From an uncultured delta proteobacterium (GTDB lineage: Bacteria; Myxococcota_A; Polyangia; Polyangiales; Polyangiaceae), in the NCBI GenBank assembly GCA_963782055.1, contig CAWAIF010000003.1:5184001-5248000 (forward strand): a stretch of 64,000 nucleotides of DNA, given 5' to 3'. The notes beneath the pieces are model-generated. The model was given only the letters and a program-made list of their open reading frames with translations. It made no database searches and had not been told where the DNA came from. How positions within the stretch are numbered: the first letter of the stretch is position 1; every line of letters starts with the position of its first letter. This document shows, in pieces, positions 41,624-51,662 of the stretch. A program made the translations under genes and the position numbers.

Positions 41624-42166
41624 TTAACGTTGAGTCTCACACGCGCGCGTGCAGGCATTGTGCACGGCATCGGCTCCGTCAAGGCAGCGTTGCAGAGCGC
41701 CTCCGCCATTCGCACACCACGCCCGTCGGCAGGTCCGACGAACCGTGCGAATGCACGTGTTGCGATCAGCGTTGTCCGCGGCAACGTCGGCTCTACAGTC
41801 CTCGAGAATCTGGGGTAGGTCTCCAAGGCACACATTCTCGCAGAACGCACGCGCCGCGAAACCACGGCACACTACATGACATTTTTGCGTACGCTCGGTA
41901 GCGACGCTCGTACAACTCCCCACATCTTCGGGCGAACCGCATACGGCGTCACCGACCCGGCAGTATGCGTCGCAGGCGGTACACTCCATGCTCCTGACGA
42001 GCACCGGGCGTGCGCAGGCGTCGAGGCAACCAGCGCGACGCTTCCGCGCCACCAGCGCGTCCCGCTCGGCCATCGGCCTGCAGCCCCATAGACCGAGGGC
42101 GACGACGATAAGCAGCGCCGGAAAGGAGGTGACGCGACGCATCCCAGTTAGCCGCGACATCATCAT
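41624..42166 (-). CDS. Hypothetical Cys-rich lipoprotein
   Basis: LWGC lipobox-like; adjacent to the Sel1 gene. Confidence 0.5.
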   Translation of the reverse strand: MMMSRLTGMRRVTSFPALLIVVALGLWGCRPMAERDALVARKRRAGCLDACARPVLVRSMECTACDAYCRVGDAVCGSPEDVGSCTSVATERTQKCHVVCRGFAARAFCENVCLGDLPQILEDCRADVAADNADRNTCIRTVRRTCRRAWCANGGGALQRCLDGADAVHNACTRACETQR

Positions 42167-42169
42167 GCG

Positions 42170-43621
42170 TCATGGATCGGTGTTGTCCGTGGCGCGCCGG
42201 CACCCGATGGTGAGCCCTTGATCACACGCCTTCGCATACAGCCGTTGAGCAGCTACCGCATCCGGTCGCGTTCCGACGCCGACCGCCGTGAGCCGCGCCA
42301 AAGTCAAGCACGCAGTCGACTCGCCCTCATTGCAGGCCAGATCGTCAAATGATACCGCGATGCTGGCGTCTCGTGAAGTTCCGATGCCAGCTTCGTAGAC
42401 GCGGCCCACGTTGGCGCAAGCTTGCCCGAGTCCCTCCTGGCACGCCTTGATGTAGAGCTCTACGGCGCGTGCAGCGAACCCGCATCCTGGTGTCCTCTCG
42501 TAGACTTGCGCCAAGTCGTTGCAGCCTCCCGCTCCGTCGCGGCCGCCATTCAAGCAGGCTCGTTTGTAGAGGCGAAGCGCCGTTGCCTCATCCCGCTCGA
42601 CGCCGAACCCAACTTGGTAGAGCTGCGCAAGGTCCTCGCATCCTACCGGATCGTCATGAGCGCACGCGTGTCGATATAGCTCCGCGGCGCGGACTGGATT
42701 GAAGCTCACCGTAATGCCATGCTGGTAGGCAACGCCCAGGTTGACGCAGGCGCTCTCACCGCCCCCATGACCACACGCTCGCCGGTATAACTTGACTGCG
42801 CGCGCCGTGTCGACGGGTACACCGCGGCCGCTGTCATACAGCCACCCTAGATTGCCACATCCAACCATGTCACCCCCCGCGCATCCTCGCCAATAGCTCG
42901 TCGCCGCGCGAGCGTAATCCTGGATACCACCGCGCCCGCGTTCGAAGAGGGCGCCCAGGTTGCTGCAGGCGCGAGCCAGACCCCTGCCGCAAAGCGAATC
43001 GTAGAGGAGTGCCGCTTGCGGCACATCGCGACTGTCATCGTCGTAGAGCCACGCGAGTTGGAGGCAGGCCTCGACGTCGCCGGCGTTGCATGTAGCCTGC
43101 TGGATGGTGATGGCGTGATCAACGTCTCGCGGGACACCAAGCCCCCCCGCATAATCAATTCCCAAACGCCTACATCCAACGATCTGTCCCCCGTAGCAAG
43201 CACGTTGATTGAGGCGCGCGGCGCGTTTGAGATCGGTGCTCACACCAATGCCGTTCGCGCAGAGCCACCCCAGGTCCAGACAGCCTTCGGCGTCGCCAAG
43301 CTGGCACCCCCGCTCGTCGAGTTCGGCCGCCTGCTTATCGTCTCGACTGACGACAATACCTTGTAGATAAAGCGATCCCGCCGCCGTACAACTCCCTGCG
43401 ACGCCGCGGGAGCATTCCAACTGGAGAATGGTGAGGGAAGGGGCGCGCGGGCCGCGCGCCGCGGTGCTAGCAGTTCCCCTGCAGCATCCAGACGCATCGG
43501 GGTTCTCGCCGGACCGACAGAGCGAGCTACATGTCACCGCCTGTCCCTGAGCGGCTGAAGCACCGAGCAACGGAAGGAGAAATGCCAGGGGCCAAAGGGG
43601 AGGGGAACAGCGCATTCTCAC
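42170..43621 (-). CDS. Sel1-like repeat (Hcp-type, Cys-containing) protein
   Basis: Repeated C.NLG.LY..G.GV..D...A..LY..AC. Confidence 0.88.
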   Translation of the reverse strand: MRMRCSPPLWPLAFLLPLLGASAAQGQAVTCSSLCRSGENPDASGCCRGTASTAARGPRAPSLTILQLECSRGVAGSCTAAGSLYLQGIVVSRDDKQAAELDERGCQLGDAEGCLDLGWLCANGIGVSTDLKRAARLNQRACYGGQIVGCRRLGIDYAGGLGVPRDVDHAITIQQATCNAGDVEACLQLAWLYDDDSRDVPQAALLYDSLCGRGLARACSNLGALFERGRGGIQDYARAATSYWRGCAGGDMVGCGNLGWLYDSGRGVPVDTARAVKLYRRACGHGGGESACVNLGVAYQHGITVSFNPVRAAELYRHACAHDDPVGCEDLAQLYQVGFGVERDEATALRLYKRACLNGGRDGAGGCNDLAQVYERTPGCGFAARAVELYIKACQEGLGQACANVGRVYEAGIGTSRDASIAVSFDDLACNEGESTACLTLARLTAVGVGTRPDAVAAQRLYAKACDQGLTIGCRRATDNTDP

Positions 43622-43861
43622 ATGATAGCTCAGGCGCGCTCACGGGCAAAGGGCGTCCGGTGGCCTCCGTAGGGCTCGTTAGGCTCCCAGTCGCGGTTGA
43701 CACCCGCTCCAGTCGGAGCCCACGGAAGGCTGCAGGCTCCGCCCGCACGCAGATGTCGGCAGATGTTCACTGCTGTCGCACCGGGCGGCCTCGCGAAGGG
43801 GGTGCGTGGTGGCGGGGCGGGCCACTCGAACGCTCGAACGCCTGAACTTCCGGCACGTTGG

Positions 43862-43960
43862 CGCATAGGAAATCCTAGCGCGGTCGGGCGCGAAAGTTTA
43901 CGGAATCCATCTTATGCGAAGTGGGGCCGTCCGGTGTCACTGGAAGGACGGACCAGGGTG
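43862..43960 (+). repeat. 99-bp unit, intact empty copy (copy 7)
   Basis: Left and right halves joined through a single CTT (43911-43913). Confidence 0.95.
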
Positions 43961-44552
43961 GACTATGGCATTGCTCCCTACGTGAAGACTGCCCCGCTCC
44001 AGATGCTAGGCGCCATGCTCATGCTGGCGTGCACGTCGTCTCCGTCGTCGGCTCCTCCTGGCGACGGCGGCGGTGACGGCGGGGCGGACGTTGGGGCAGC
44101 GTGTGATCCGACGGCCCTCGGCGGCGTCCGCCAAGACCAGTTGGAGATGGTCCCCGAGAGAGCGTAGCGTCCTTCGACATCGCCGAGTCCGCTGCGGCGG
44201 ACGGGACCGGGCATCGGTCTAGCAGACAATCTAGACCTCATCCTGGGTGAGGCACTTCCGCTTCACGACCTCGGCGAGGTCGGGCATCTTCTTGATCTCC
44301 CCCACGTTCGAGCGATGCCTACCCTCTTGCCAAGTGGCAGGGGTACGCTTCTTCCCTTCGAGGCTCGTCTGCTCCTTGCAGCAGCCGTCCTCTTTGACGC
44401 GGAAGGTCCACCCCTGGGGAAGAGGTGGCGTCGGTTCGATGCTCAAGCCTTAGCTCGGCGATCGACGGTTCATGCGGACCACCTACAACGGGCGTCTTCT
44501 CCGTGCCGAGGGGTAGCGTTTGCGCCATGTCGATGCTAACTTTCGCACCAGG

Positions 44553-45113
44553 ATGACGATGCGGTTCCGGTTCAACGAGAAGAAGGCAGCTCAGGCCGCC
44601 GCCCACTTGCTCAAGCGCAAGGGCGGCACGTTGGACAAGCTCGTCCTGCTGAAGACGCTCTACATGGCGGACCGCCGCACGTTGCTGGAGCATGGCCAGC
44701 CCATCACCGGCGACCGAATGGTGGCGATGGACCATGGGCCGGTGCTGAGCGTGGTGCTGAACCTCATGAACCGGACGCCAGGCACCGGCTCGATGTGGGC
44801 CAAGTTCATCGACCCGCCGGACAGCGATGACGATGTGCGGCTGAAGGCGGACGCGAACGCAGACACGGACGAGCTTTCGCGGTACGAGCTGCGCGTTCTC
44901 GATGAGGAGCTGGCCAAGTACGGCGACATGAAGCCGTACGACCTAGCCGACCTCCTTCACAAGATCTGTCCTGAGTGGCGTCTCCCCCACGGCGCGGTTG
45001 CGGACATCGAGTACGTGGACATCCTCCGCAAGACCGGCAAATCCGATGCGGAGATCAAAAGCATCGAGGTCGAGGCTGAGCTTGCGTACGCGCAGGCGAC
45101 ACTCGGCGAATGA
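44553..45113 (+). CDS. Panacea (DUF4065/SocA) antitoxin-domain protein
   Basis: LVLLKTLYMADR..GQPITGDRMVAMDHGPV..L..LLHKICPEW. Confidence 0.82.
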   Translation: MTMRFRFNEKKAAQAAAHLLKRKGGTLDKLVLLKTLYMADRRTLLEHGQPITGDRMVAMDHGPVLSVVLNLMNRTPGTGSMWAKFIDPPDSDDDVRLKADANADTDELSRYELRVLDEELAKYGDMKPYDLADLLHKICPEWRLPHGAVADIEYVDILRKTGKSDAEIKSIEVEAELAYAQATLGE

Positions 45114-45493
45114 AAATCGGCGAGACGTACGTCTTCCGCGGGCACCAGCACATCATCATCACAGATCCCAAGGATGACGACGCGCAAGCCGTGGCCGTGG
45201 TGAACTTCACGGGCCACGAGGTCAACAAGGACAACACCTGCGTCGTTGAGGCGGGCGAGCATCCACGGGTCACCAAGAAGACGGTGGTCGCCTACAAGTA
45301 CGCCTTCATTCTGCCGCTCGGAGAGCAAGAGGATTTCGTCAAGCAGTCTACGCAGTGGGAGGACGTGAGCCCCGACCTGCTAGTCAAGATCCAGGAAGGT
45401 ACCGACTCTGACTACATCCCCGAGAAGGTCAGAAGGTTCGTTGACGCCGCGTGTCGGCGGTACCGCCTCAGGAACCGTCCCGTGCCCAAGTAG
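45110..45493 (+). CDS. Putative cognate toxin, unknown family
   Basis: ATGA overlap with the Panacea gene; small beta-rich protein (CVVEAGEHPRVTKKTVVAY). Confidence 0.6.
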   Translation: MKIGETYVFRGHQHIIITDPKDDDAQAVAVVNFTGHEVNKDNTCVVEAGEHPRVTKKTVVAYKYAFILPLGEQEDFVKQSTQWEDVSPDLLVKIQEGTDSDYIPEKVRRFVDAACRRYRLRNRPVPK

Positions 45494-45940
45494 TACCCCC
45501 GCCCTTGCCCAAGGGTGTGTGGGCCGAGGGTCTGGCAGGCTACGCGGCCGAGGAGCAGATCCTCGATGTGCCCGCCGTGTGGCAGCTCCACGAGCACCAG
45601 GGTGGGGATCTGCGGGACGCGCTCGGGATCCTCAAGGACCGGCACGGGCGGTCCATCACCGTGGACGACGCCGAGTTCGCCGAGCAGTGGTCACTGGTTC
45701 GCCGTCCGCGCGGCGTCATGCCGCATCCGAGCCGTTGCCCGTCAGCTCCTCGATGTGCGCGGCGTCGAATGGGTGATCGAAGGGCGAGGGTCGGTCTGGT
45801 ACGGGCGGACGCTCAAGGTGATCCACGGGAGGTGACGTGACGCCGACCCACGTGGTCACGGCGTGGGCCGGCAGCTACCACCACGTGCCAGCGTGCCCGC
45901 CAGCGAGGGGTGCGACAGTCGAGCACCAGAGCCGCGCCAC

Positions 45941-46906
45941 CTACTTCGCGGGCTTCGTCGGCCCTTTGGGCACGCTACGTGTCGGTCGCACCTTCGGGGC
46001 CGACCGTGAGGCGCCTAGTCGCCGGAACATCGGACCCATGAGCGGGGGCACGACCAACCCGTCGCGGAAGAACATCACTTCGGAACCCGCCCGGGACTCC
46101 CTGGCGCTGTAGCCGAGACCGTAGGCAATCCCAGGGCAGTCCGAATACATGTCTCGAATGGCCTTCACGTTGTCGTAGGAGACGATCCACTGCTGCCGTC
46201 GCACCCGCCCCTTGACGAGCCTAGCGATGGCCTCGTGATCGGCGTGCTCGTAGAAGTCGTAGTACAGGTCCTTCCCCTTCTCGTAGTACGGCGGATCCAA
46301 GTAGATCAGGGTCCGCTTGGGCAAGGTACCGAGCCGCTCGCGAAGGAAAACGCTGGCGTCTTCACGGCTGATCTCGATCTTCTTCCGTAGTCGTGCGATT
46401 GCCTCGATCCTGATCGCGAGGTCAGACGCGTTGTACCGCGCCCCGATCTTCCACGGGCCCGTTTGAGCGCGACCCCCGATGACTCCGGCGTTCAAGATTC
46501 CCGAGCGGTTTGTACGATTGAGAAAGAACATCGCGAAGCCGAGCGACACGTCATCGTGGTCGCTCTGATTCGCGAGGATCCTCTTCTGGCGGTCCCACGA
46601 GCGGACCGTCAGCCGCGTGTCGCGCACAAGTTGAAGCAGCCTATCGGTGTGATTCAGTACCGTGGTCCAGAAGGCGAATACCGGACGGCTTATGTCGTTG
46701 ATGTGGATACGCGACACGTAGTCATGTAGCAGTAGTTCAAACGCGATTGCTGCTCCACCCGCGTACGGCTCTACGTATTCCCCGTCGAGGAGGTCATTGT
46801 CCTTCATGAGCCGCATGATGAACGGGGCCAGCTTGCCCTTGCCGCCCGGGTATCGCAGCGGCGTGAAGTGACGAAGTTTCGTACTGGTTTGCCTCGCTGC
46901 CACCAT
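45941..46906 (-). CDS. DNA adenine methyltransferase (D12/Dam-like)
   Basis: TPLRYPGGKG, YVEPYAGGA, YLDPPYY. Confidence 0.9.
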   Translation of the reverse strand: MVAARQTSTKLRHFTPLRYPGGKGKLAPFIMRLMKDNDLLDGEYVEPYAGGAAIAFELLLHDYVSRIHINDISRPVFAFWTTVLNHTDRLLQLVRDTRLTVRSWDRQKRILANQSDHDDVSLGFAMFFLNRTNRSGILNAGVIGGRAQTGPWKIGARYNASDLAIRIEAIARLRKKIEISREDASVFLRERLGTLPKRTLIYLDPPYYEKGKDLYYDFYEHADHEAIARLVKGRVRRQQWIVSYDNVKAIRDMYSDCPGIAYGLGYSARESRAGSEVMFFRDGLVVPPLMGPMFRRLGASRSAPKVRPTRSVPKGPTKPAK

Positions 46907-46908
46907 GT

Positions 46909-48273
46909 TCACGCCCATAGACCCTCGAAGAGCTGATGTGCGTCGTCCCACGACGCCAATAGGTCGGCGACCTTGGGAGTCGTGAAGCGGTTGTGAACGT
47001 AGTCGTTGAGTAGCTCCGTGGAGAGGGGGCTGTGCGTAGTGCTCAAGGCTCGTTCGACGCTCCTGTAGTCCTTTCGGTTCTGGCCTTGAGCGACAAGATG
47101 TTCGATCACCTCACCGACCTTCGTTCTCAGATTCTTGTCTCTTTCGTGGCCCCCCTTGTCCTTGACCGTCAGCGGGACCTTCTGCTTCACCATGTAGTGG
47201 TCCACCGAGAGTTCCAGGAACACGCGGAACAGGACGGCGATGGCGTTCGGCGCGTCCGCAACCTTGAGCCTGCCAAGCTCCTCAAAGATAAGCGCAATCC
47301 TACGTTGGCTGATCGATAGCTCGACGCCCTTCGGTATCAAGGTCCGGCGCTCGGAGGGTTCGCGTTTGCGTTTGGGCTTGCTGCGCGACCTACTAGGCTC
47401 TTGTGGCTTGGCCTTGAAGTCGCCTTGGCCGATCTCCTCGATGGGCCGGACGGAGCCGGTCTTGGAGAGATCCGGGCGACTCGCCTTCGCGAAGTCCTTC
47501 TCGATGTACTCGACCTGCTGCGCTTTGTTCTTCAGCTGGCTGACGTTCTTCCGCCCCTCAGCGAGATCGAGAACCATTTGTCGCAGAGGTTTCATCAACT
47601 CCTCGGGAGGCAAGCCCGAGACAAGTTTGCCGTTCTTCACGTCGAACCCGAGGCGGCTTCGCACGTCGCGGCTGGAGAGGAGGCGGTCCAGCGTCGTGAT
47701 CGGGAACTGTTGCTCCAGGAGTTCCTTCTGCTGCTCGCTGAGAGCGCCGTGTGTGCTAACAAATGCGAGCGCCTGCAAGGCTGGGTCTTGCCCTCGGAAT
47801 CGAGATGCCGCAATGCCGGACCATCCAACGACGCCCTTCCCGCCGTTCTCGCCCGTGTGGCGCTGATGAATCCACTTCACGCCCTCGTCACGGTTTGCGA
47901 TCTCATAGCCCGCCAGTGGCTCCACCGTGCCACGGTCGAAGCGCTCAGCGAGCTTGTCGAAAGCCCGCCGCAGAGCCGTCGAGATCGGAACATCGTTGAG
48001 TACGCTGGGGGTAGCCAGGATCTTGAGCGCGACGAGTCGCCGGTTGCCCTCAAGAACGACGAACTCCTTTCCTTGCTTGAGCACCAAGAAACGGTCCATG
48101 GGGTTCATCCCCTCGTCCTCGATGATGCTTCGGGCAAGGACAAGGAGCTTCTCCTTCTGGTCCTCGACAATTTTCTGAAGCGCATCGCGCTGGTTCTTCG
48201 CACCCACGATGCGCGGGTTATCCAGATCCAACAACAGGTCGGCGATCTCAAGACTTACAGAACCCACCTTCAT
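46909..48273 (-). CDS. ParB/Srx-like N-terminal domain protein with possible HEPN-like C-terminus
   Basis: LLLDLDNPRI..VVLEGNRRLVALK; C-terminal AVLFRVFLELS..LNDYVHN. Confidence 0.6.
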   Translation of the reverse strand: MKVGSVSLEIADLLLDLDNPRIVGAKNQRDALQKIVEDQKEKLLVLARSIIEDEGMNPMDRFLVLKQGKEFVVLEGNRRLVALKILATPSVLNDVPISTALRRAFDKLAERFDRGTVEPLAGYEIANRDEGVKWIHQRHTGENGGKGVVGWSGIAASRFRGQDPALQALAFVSTHGALSEQQKELLEQQFPITTLDRLLSSRDVRSRLGFDVKNGKLVSGLPPEELMKPLRQMVLDLAEGRKNVSQLKNKAQQVEYIEKDFAKASRPDLSKTGSVRPIEEIGQGDFKAKPQEPSRSRSKPKRKREPSERRTLIPKGVELSISQRRIALIFEELGRLKVADAPNAIAVLFRVFLELSVDHYMVKQKVPLTVKDKGGHERDKNLRTKVGEVIEHLVAQGQNRKDYRSVERALSTTHSPLSTELLNDYVHNRFTTPKVADLLASWDDAHQLFEGLWA

Positions 48274-48412
48274 CTCCTCGGCAAACGGGGACGGAACGCT
48301 GCCCGACCCTCTACCAGCTGCAACCCTACCGCCGCAAAGGACGCCCATCTCGTGGACGCACGCGCGGTGGGGCCCACGGCCGCCCGCGCGAGTTCGATTC
48401 CCGTCGCCATGT

Positions 48413-50200
48413 CTACGCCACCAGCTCCTGGACGACGGCCTCGACGAGCTTGGCCGCTCGGCCCTCGGCTCGACGGAGCTTCACTTCGAGGTCGTCGCAG
48501 ACCTTCATGAGCTGCTCGACCTTGGCGACAATCCGACGCTGCTCGGCGACGGGCGGGAGCGGGAACGGCACGCGCCGGAGGTCCACAAGGTGGAGATGGG
48601 TGACCCCCACCCCCTTCTGGTTGTCCTTGCCGAATTGGCCGGAGGCCCCGAGGTAGGCGACGTGAGCGACGAAGCGTGGATGAACCGATGGAACGACCGG
48701 GACGAGCGCGACGCTCTCGAACAGGGTGAACTTCCGGTCGGTGTCCACGATCGCAACTTCGCCGATCGATCCGCTTTTCGTCACGAGTACGTCGCCACGC
48801 TTGGGGCAGCAGCGTCCTGCCAGCTCCTCGAACTCCTCGGCCGAAATGTACCTGCACCTGTCGAACACAAGCTTGCCGCCCTTGATGTCCTTGGCTGAGA
48901 TGAACGCGACCCCCTGTTCTTGGTACTTTGGCGTGTGGTGCGTGCCATCGACGATGTGCCCGGCCACATCCCCAAGTTGGCACCACATCCATCCTCGCGG
49001 GACCGAGTAGGGCGCGGAAGCGGGTTCCGCCACGGCGCCGCCGTGGCCACGGCCTCCCCGCCGCTTGCCCCCGAGGAGCGCCGCCCGTTCCTGATGGATG
49101 CGAGTCCACAGCTTCTCGACGGGCTCGTCGGACACCACCTGTGGTTCCAGCCAGCCTCGGACGGCACCTTCGAGGAGTGCCCTGCGCAGCACCCCAACCT
49201 TCTCCGCCCTGTCGATCAGCACATCGAAGTTCTCGACGACCCGCTTCCAGGCGGCGTCGAACTCCTTGGGCCCCTCGGCGGCCGTGAGGGCTTCGAGGGC
49301 CGACTTGGTGAGCCGGGTCCCAGTCTCCCGCTTCTTGGTCTGCCGGGCTTCCAGGTCGTCGCAGAGGGCCATGAGCTGGTCCACCTTGGCGACAATCCGC
49401 CGCTGGTCGGCGAGCGGTGGGAGAGCAATCGGAAGCATCTCGACGGTCTCGGAATCCAGGCGACACGTCCCGTGGGAGGAATGCTCCACCTTCGCAAGAA
49501 CTCGCGTTCGAGCCGCCTGGCAGCTCCGAAGAATGAACTCCGAAAGCTCCGGCATCGCCAGGACGAGGGCCTTCATGTCCTGGTTGATCGCCACCTCCCG
49601 CATGGTGACGGCGACCGGAAACGAGTGCGCGAGAATCATCCCTCTGACAACGCAGAGAACGCTCCGAGCTGGAATCAGCTTTGCAGCGGAGCCCTCCACT
49701 GCGGCCATCGAGATGTGGTCCTCAGCGTCCTCGATGTAGGGACGCTTCATGTCCTTGGGGGAAACCCACGGCAACGGTCCCGCCCAGAACGTCGCGTTCG
49801 ACTTCGAGGGCGTCCCACCGCCGAGAAACCCACCAAACTCACCGAGTCGAACCCACCGCCAACCGGGTGGCAGACGGTACGGAGCTTCATCGTCAGCAAC
49901 GGGAAGCGACACGTCCCCGATGCGAATCCCAGCCTTCGCGAGCTTGGCGCGGGCACGCTGCAACTCGGCGACCAGTGAGTCGGCCGTCTCGGCGGTCGGA
50001 CCGGACAATCGCCCCCTGACGGCAAGCTGGAGCACCAGCTCCTTCAAATGCTTGGTGCTCCCGGCGACGTTGACCAGCACCTCGAAGTTCTCGACGAACT
50101 TCTTCACATCGAATCCGCTGCCGACAATCTCCTCGACGCGAGCCGCGAGCTTCGGGGGCTTTGCGCCCGCCTTCTCGAACATGGGGGTCTGGACGGTCAT
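48413..50200 (-). CDS. hsdS: Type I R-M specificity subunit
   Basis: Two TRDs each bracketed by P.GW.W..LG and LPP.A(D/E)QRRIVAKV(D/E)QLM..CDDLE. Confidence 0.92.
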   Translation of the reverse strand: MTVQTPMFEKAGAKPPKLAARVEEIVGSGFDVKKFVENFEVLVNVAGSTKHLKELVLQLAVRGRLSGPTAETADSLVAELQRARAKLAKAGIRIGDVSLPVADDEAPYRLPPGWRWVRLGEFGGFLGGGTPSKSNATFWAGPLPWVSPKDMKRPYIEDAEDHISMAAVEGSAAKLIPARSVLCVVRGMILAHSFPVAVTMREVAINQDMKALVLAMPELSEFILRSCQAARTRVLAKVEHSSHGTCRLDSETVEMLPIALPPLADQRRIVAKVDQLMALCDDLEARQTKKRETGTRLTKSALEALTAAEGPKEFDAAWKRVVENFDVLIDRAEKVGVLRRALLEGAVRGWLEPQVVSDEPVEKLWTRIHQERAALLGGKRRGGRGHGGAVAEPASAPYSVPRGWMWCQLGDVAGHIVDGTHHTPKYQEQGVAFISAKDIKGGKLVFDRCRYISAEEFEELAGRCCPKRGDVLVTKSGSIGEVAIVDTDRKFTLFESVALVPVVPSVHPRFVAHVAYLGASGQFGKDNQKGVGVTHLHLVDLRRVPFPLPPVAEQRRIVAKVEQLMKVCDDLEVKLRRAEGRAAKLVEAVVQELVA

Positions 50201-51648
50201 CCCCTGGCTCCTTCGAGCGCGGCCTTCAGCTCGTCACGGAGCTGGTCGCGGATCTTCGCTGCCTCCAGGGCGGCCTGCCGGTACTGCTGGAGCAATTCGT
50301 CGGCGTCCCCGGGACCGTCATCGACGGCGCGCGGGTTCTTGATGTCGAGGTTGTAGCCGCGCGCCTTGATGTCCTCGATGGACACCTTCCACGCGTGGTC
50401 GTTCTCCTTGCGCTTGCTCCACCACTTCTTCTCGGGCTCGAACTCCTTGATCGTAAGGGGCTTGGTCTTCGAGTAGCTCTTCGCGCCCTCGGGGTAGGGG
50501 TGCTCGTAGAACCAGACGTTCTTGGTCGGCTCGCCCTTGGTGAAGAACAGCAGGTTCGTCTTGATGCTCGTGTAGGGCGCGAAGACGCCTTTCGGGAGTC
50601 GGACGATCGTGTGGAGGTTGCACTCGGCGAGGAGCGCTTCCTTGATGCGCGTCTTGATGCCCTCGCCGAAGAGCGTGCCATCGGGAAGGACGAGCGCCGC
50701 ACGGCCGCCGTTCTTGAGGAGCGTCATCAACAGGACGAGGAACAGGTCGGCCGTCTCCCGCGTCCGGTACTGCGTCGGGAAGTTCGTCTCAATCCCGTCC
50801 TCCTCCATTCCGCCGAACGGTGGGTTCGTGATGATCACGTCCACGCGGTCGGCGGGGCCGTAGTCACGCAAGGGGCGGGCGAGCGTGTTGTCGTGGCGGA
50901 TCTGCGACGGCACGTCGATGCCGTGGAACATCATGTTGGTCACGCAGAGGAGGTGAGGGAGCGGCTTCTTCTCCACGCCGTGGATGCTCGCCTGGAGCTT
51001 CTCCTCGCCCTTCGCGCTCTTCACGTAGCTTGCGCGGATGTGCTCGATCGCGCAGACGAGGAAGCCGCCAGTCCCGCACGCGGGGTCGAGGATCTTCTCC
51101 CCGAGCTGGGGATCGACCTGATCGACGATGAACTGGGTGACGGCTCGCGGCGTGTAGTACTCGCCCGCGTTCCCCGCGTTCTGAAGGTCACCGAGGAGCT
51201 TCTCGTAGATGTCGCCGAACTCGTGCCGGTCGGCCGCCTTGTTGAAGTCAACCTCGTTGAGCTTGTTGACGACCTGCCGGAGCAGGGTGCCCGACTTCAT
51301 GTACTGGTAGGCGTCCTCGAAGACACCGCGAACGACACCGGCAACGGGGGCGTTCTTGCCCGTGGTGGGCAGCTCCTTCAACTTGGGGAACAGCTCGTTG
51401 TTCACGAAGTTGAGCAACTCCTCGCCCGTGATGCCCTCGGGGTTCGCCGCCCACGCGCGCCACCGGAACTTGGACGGGATGGGCGACTTGTACCCGTCGT
51501 CCATCATCTCCTTCTCGGACTCGCGGTCGTCGAAGACCTTGAGGAAGATCATCCAGACGAGCTGACTGATGCGCTGGGCGTCCCCATCGACCCCCGAGTC
51601 CTTGCGCATGATGTCCTGGATGGTCTTGATGGTCGTGCCGATGGCCAT
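50197..51648 (-). CDS. hsdM: Type I R-M methyltransferase subunit
   Basis: GEYYTPR, DPACGTGGF, TNPPF. Confidence 0.95.
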   Translation of the reverse strand: MAIGTTIKTIQDIMRKDSGVDGDAQRISQLVWMIFLKVFDDRESEKEMMDDGYKSPIPSKFRWRAWAANPEGITGEELLNFVNNELFPKLKELPTTGKNAPVAGVVRGVFEDAYQYMKSGTLLRQVVNKLNEVDFNKAADRHEFGDIYEKLLGDLQNAGNAGEYYTPRAVTQFIVDQVDPQLGEKILDPACGTGGFLVCAIEHIRASYVKSAKGEEKLQASIHGVEKKPLPHLLCVTNMMFHGIDVPSQIRHDNTLARPLRDYGPADRVDVIITNPPFGGMEEDGIETNFPTQYRTRETADLFLVLLMTLLKNGGRAALVLPDGTLFGEGIKTRIKEALLAECNLHTIVRLPKGVFAPYTSIKTNLLFFTKGEPTKNVWFYEHPYPEGAKSYSKTKPLTIKEFEPEKKWWSKRKENDHAWKVSIEDIKARGYNLDIKNPRAVDDGPGDADELLQQYRQAALEAAKIRDQLRDELKAALEGARG

Positions 51649-51662
51649 GGCGTCGCTGTCCT

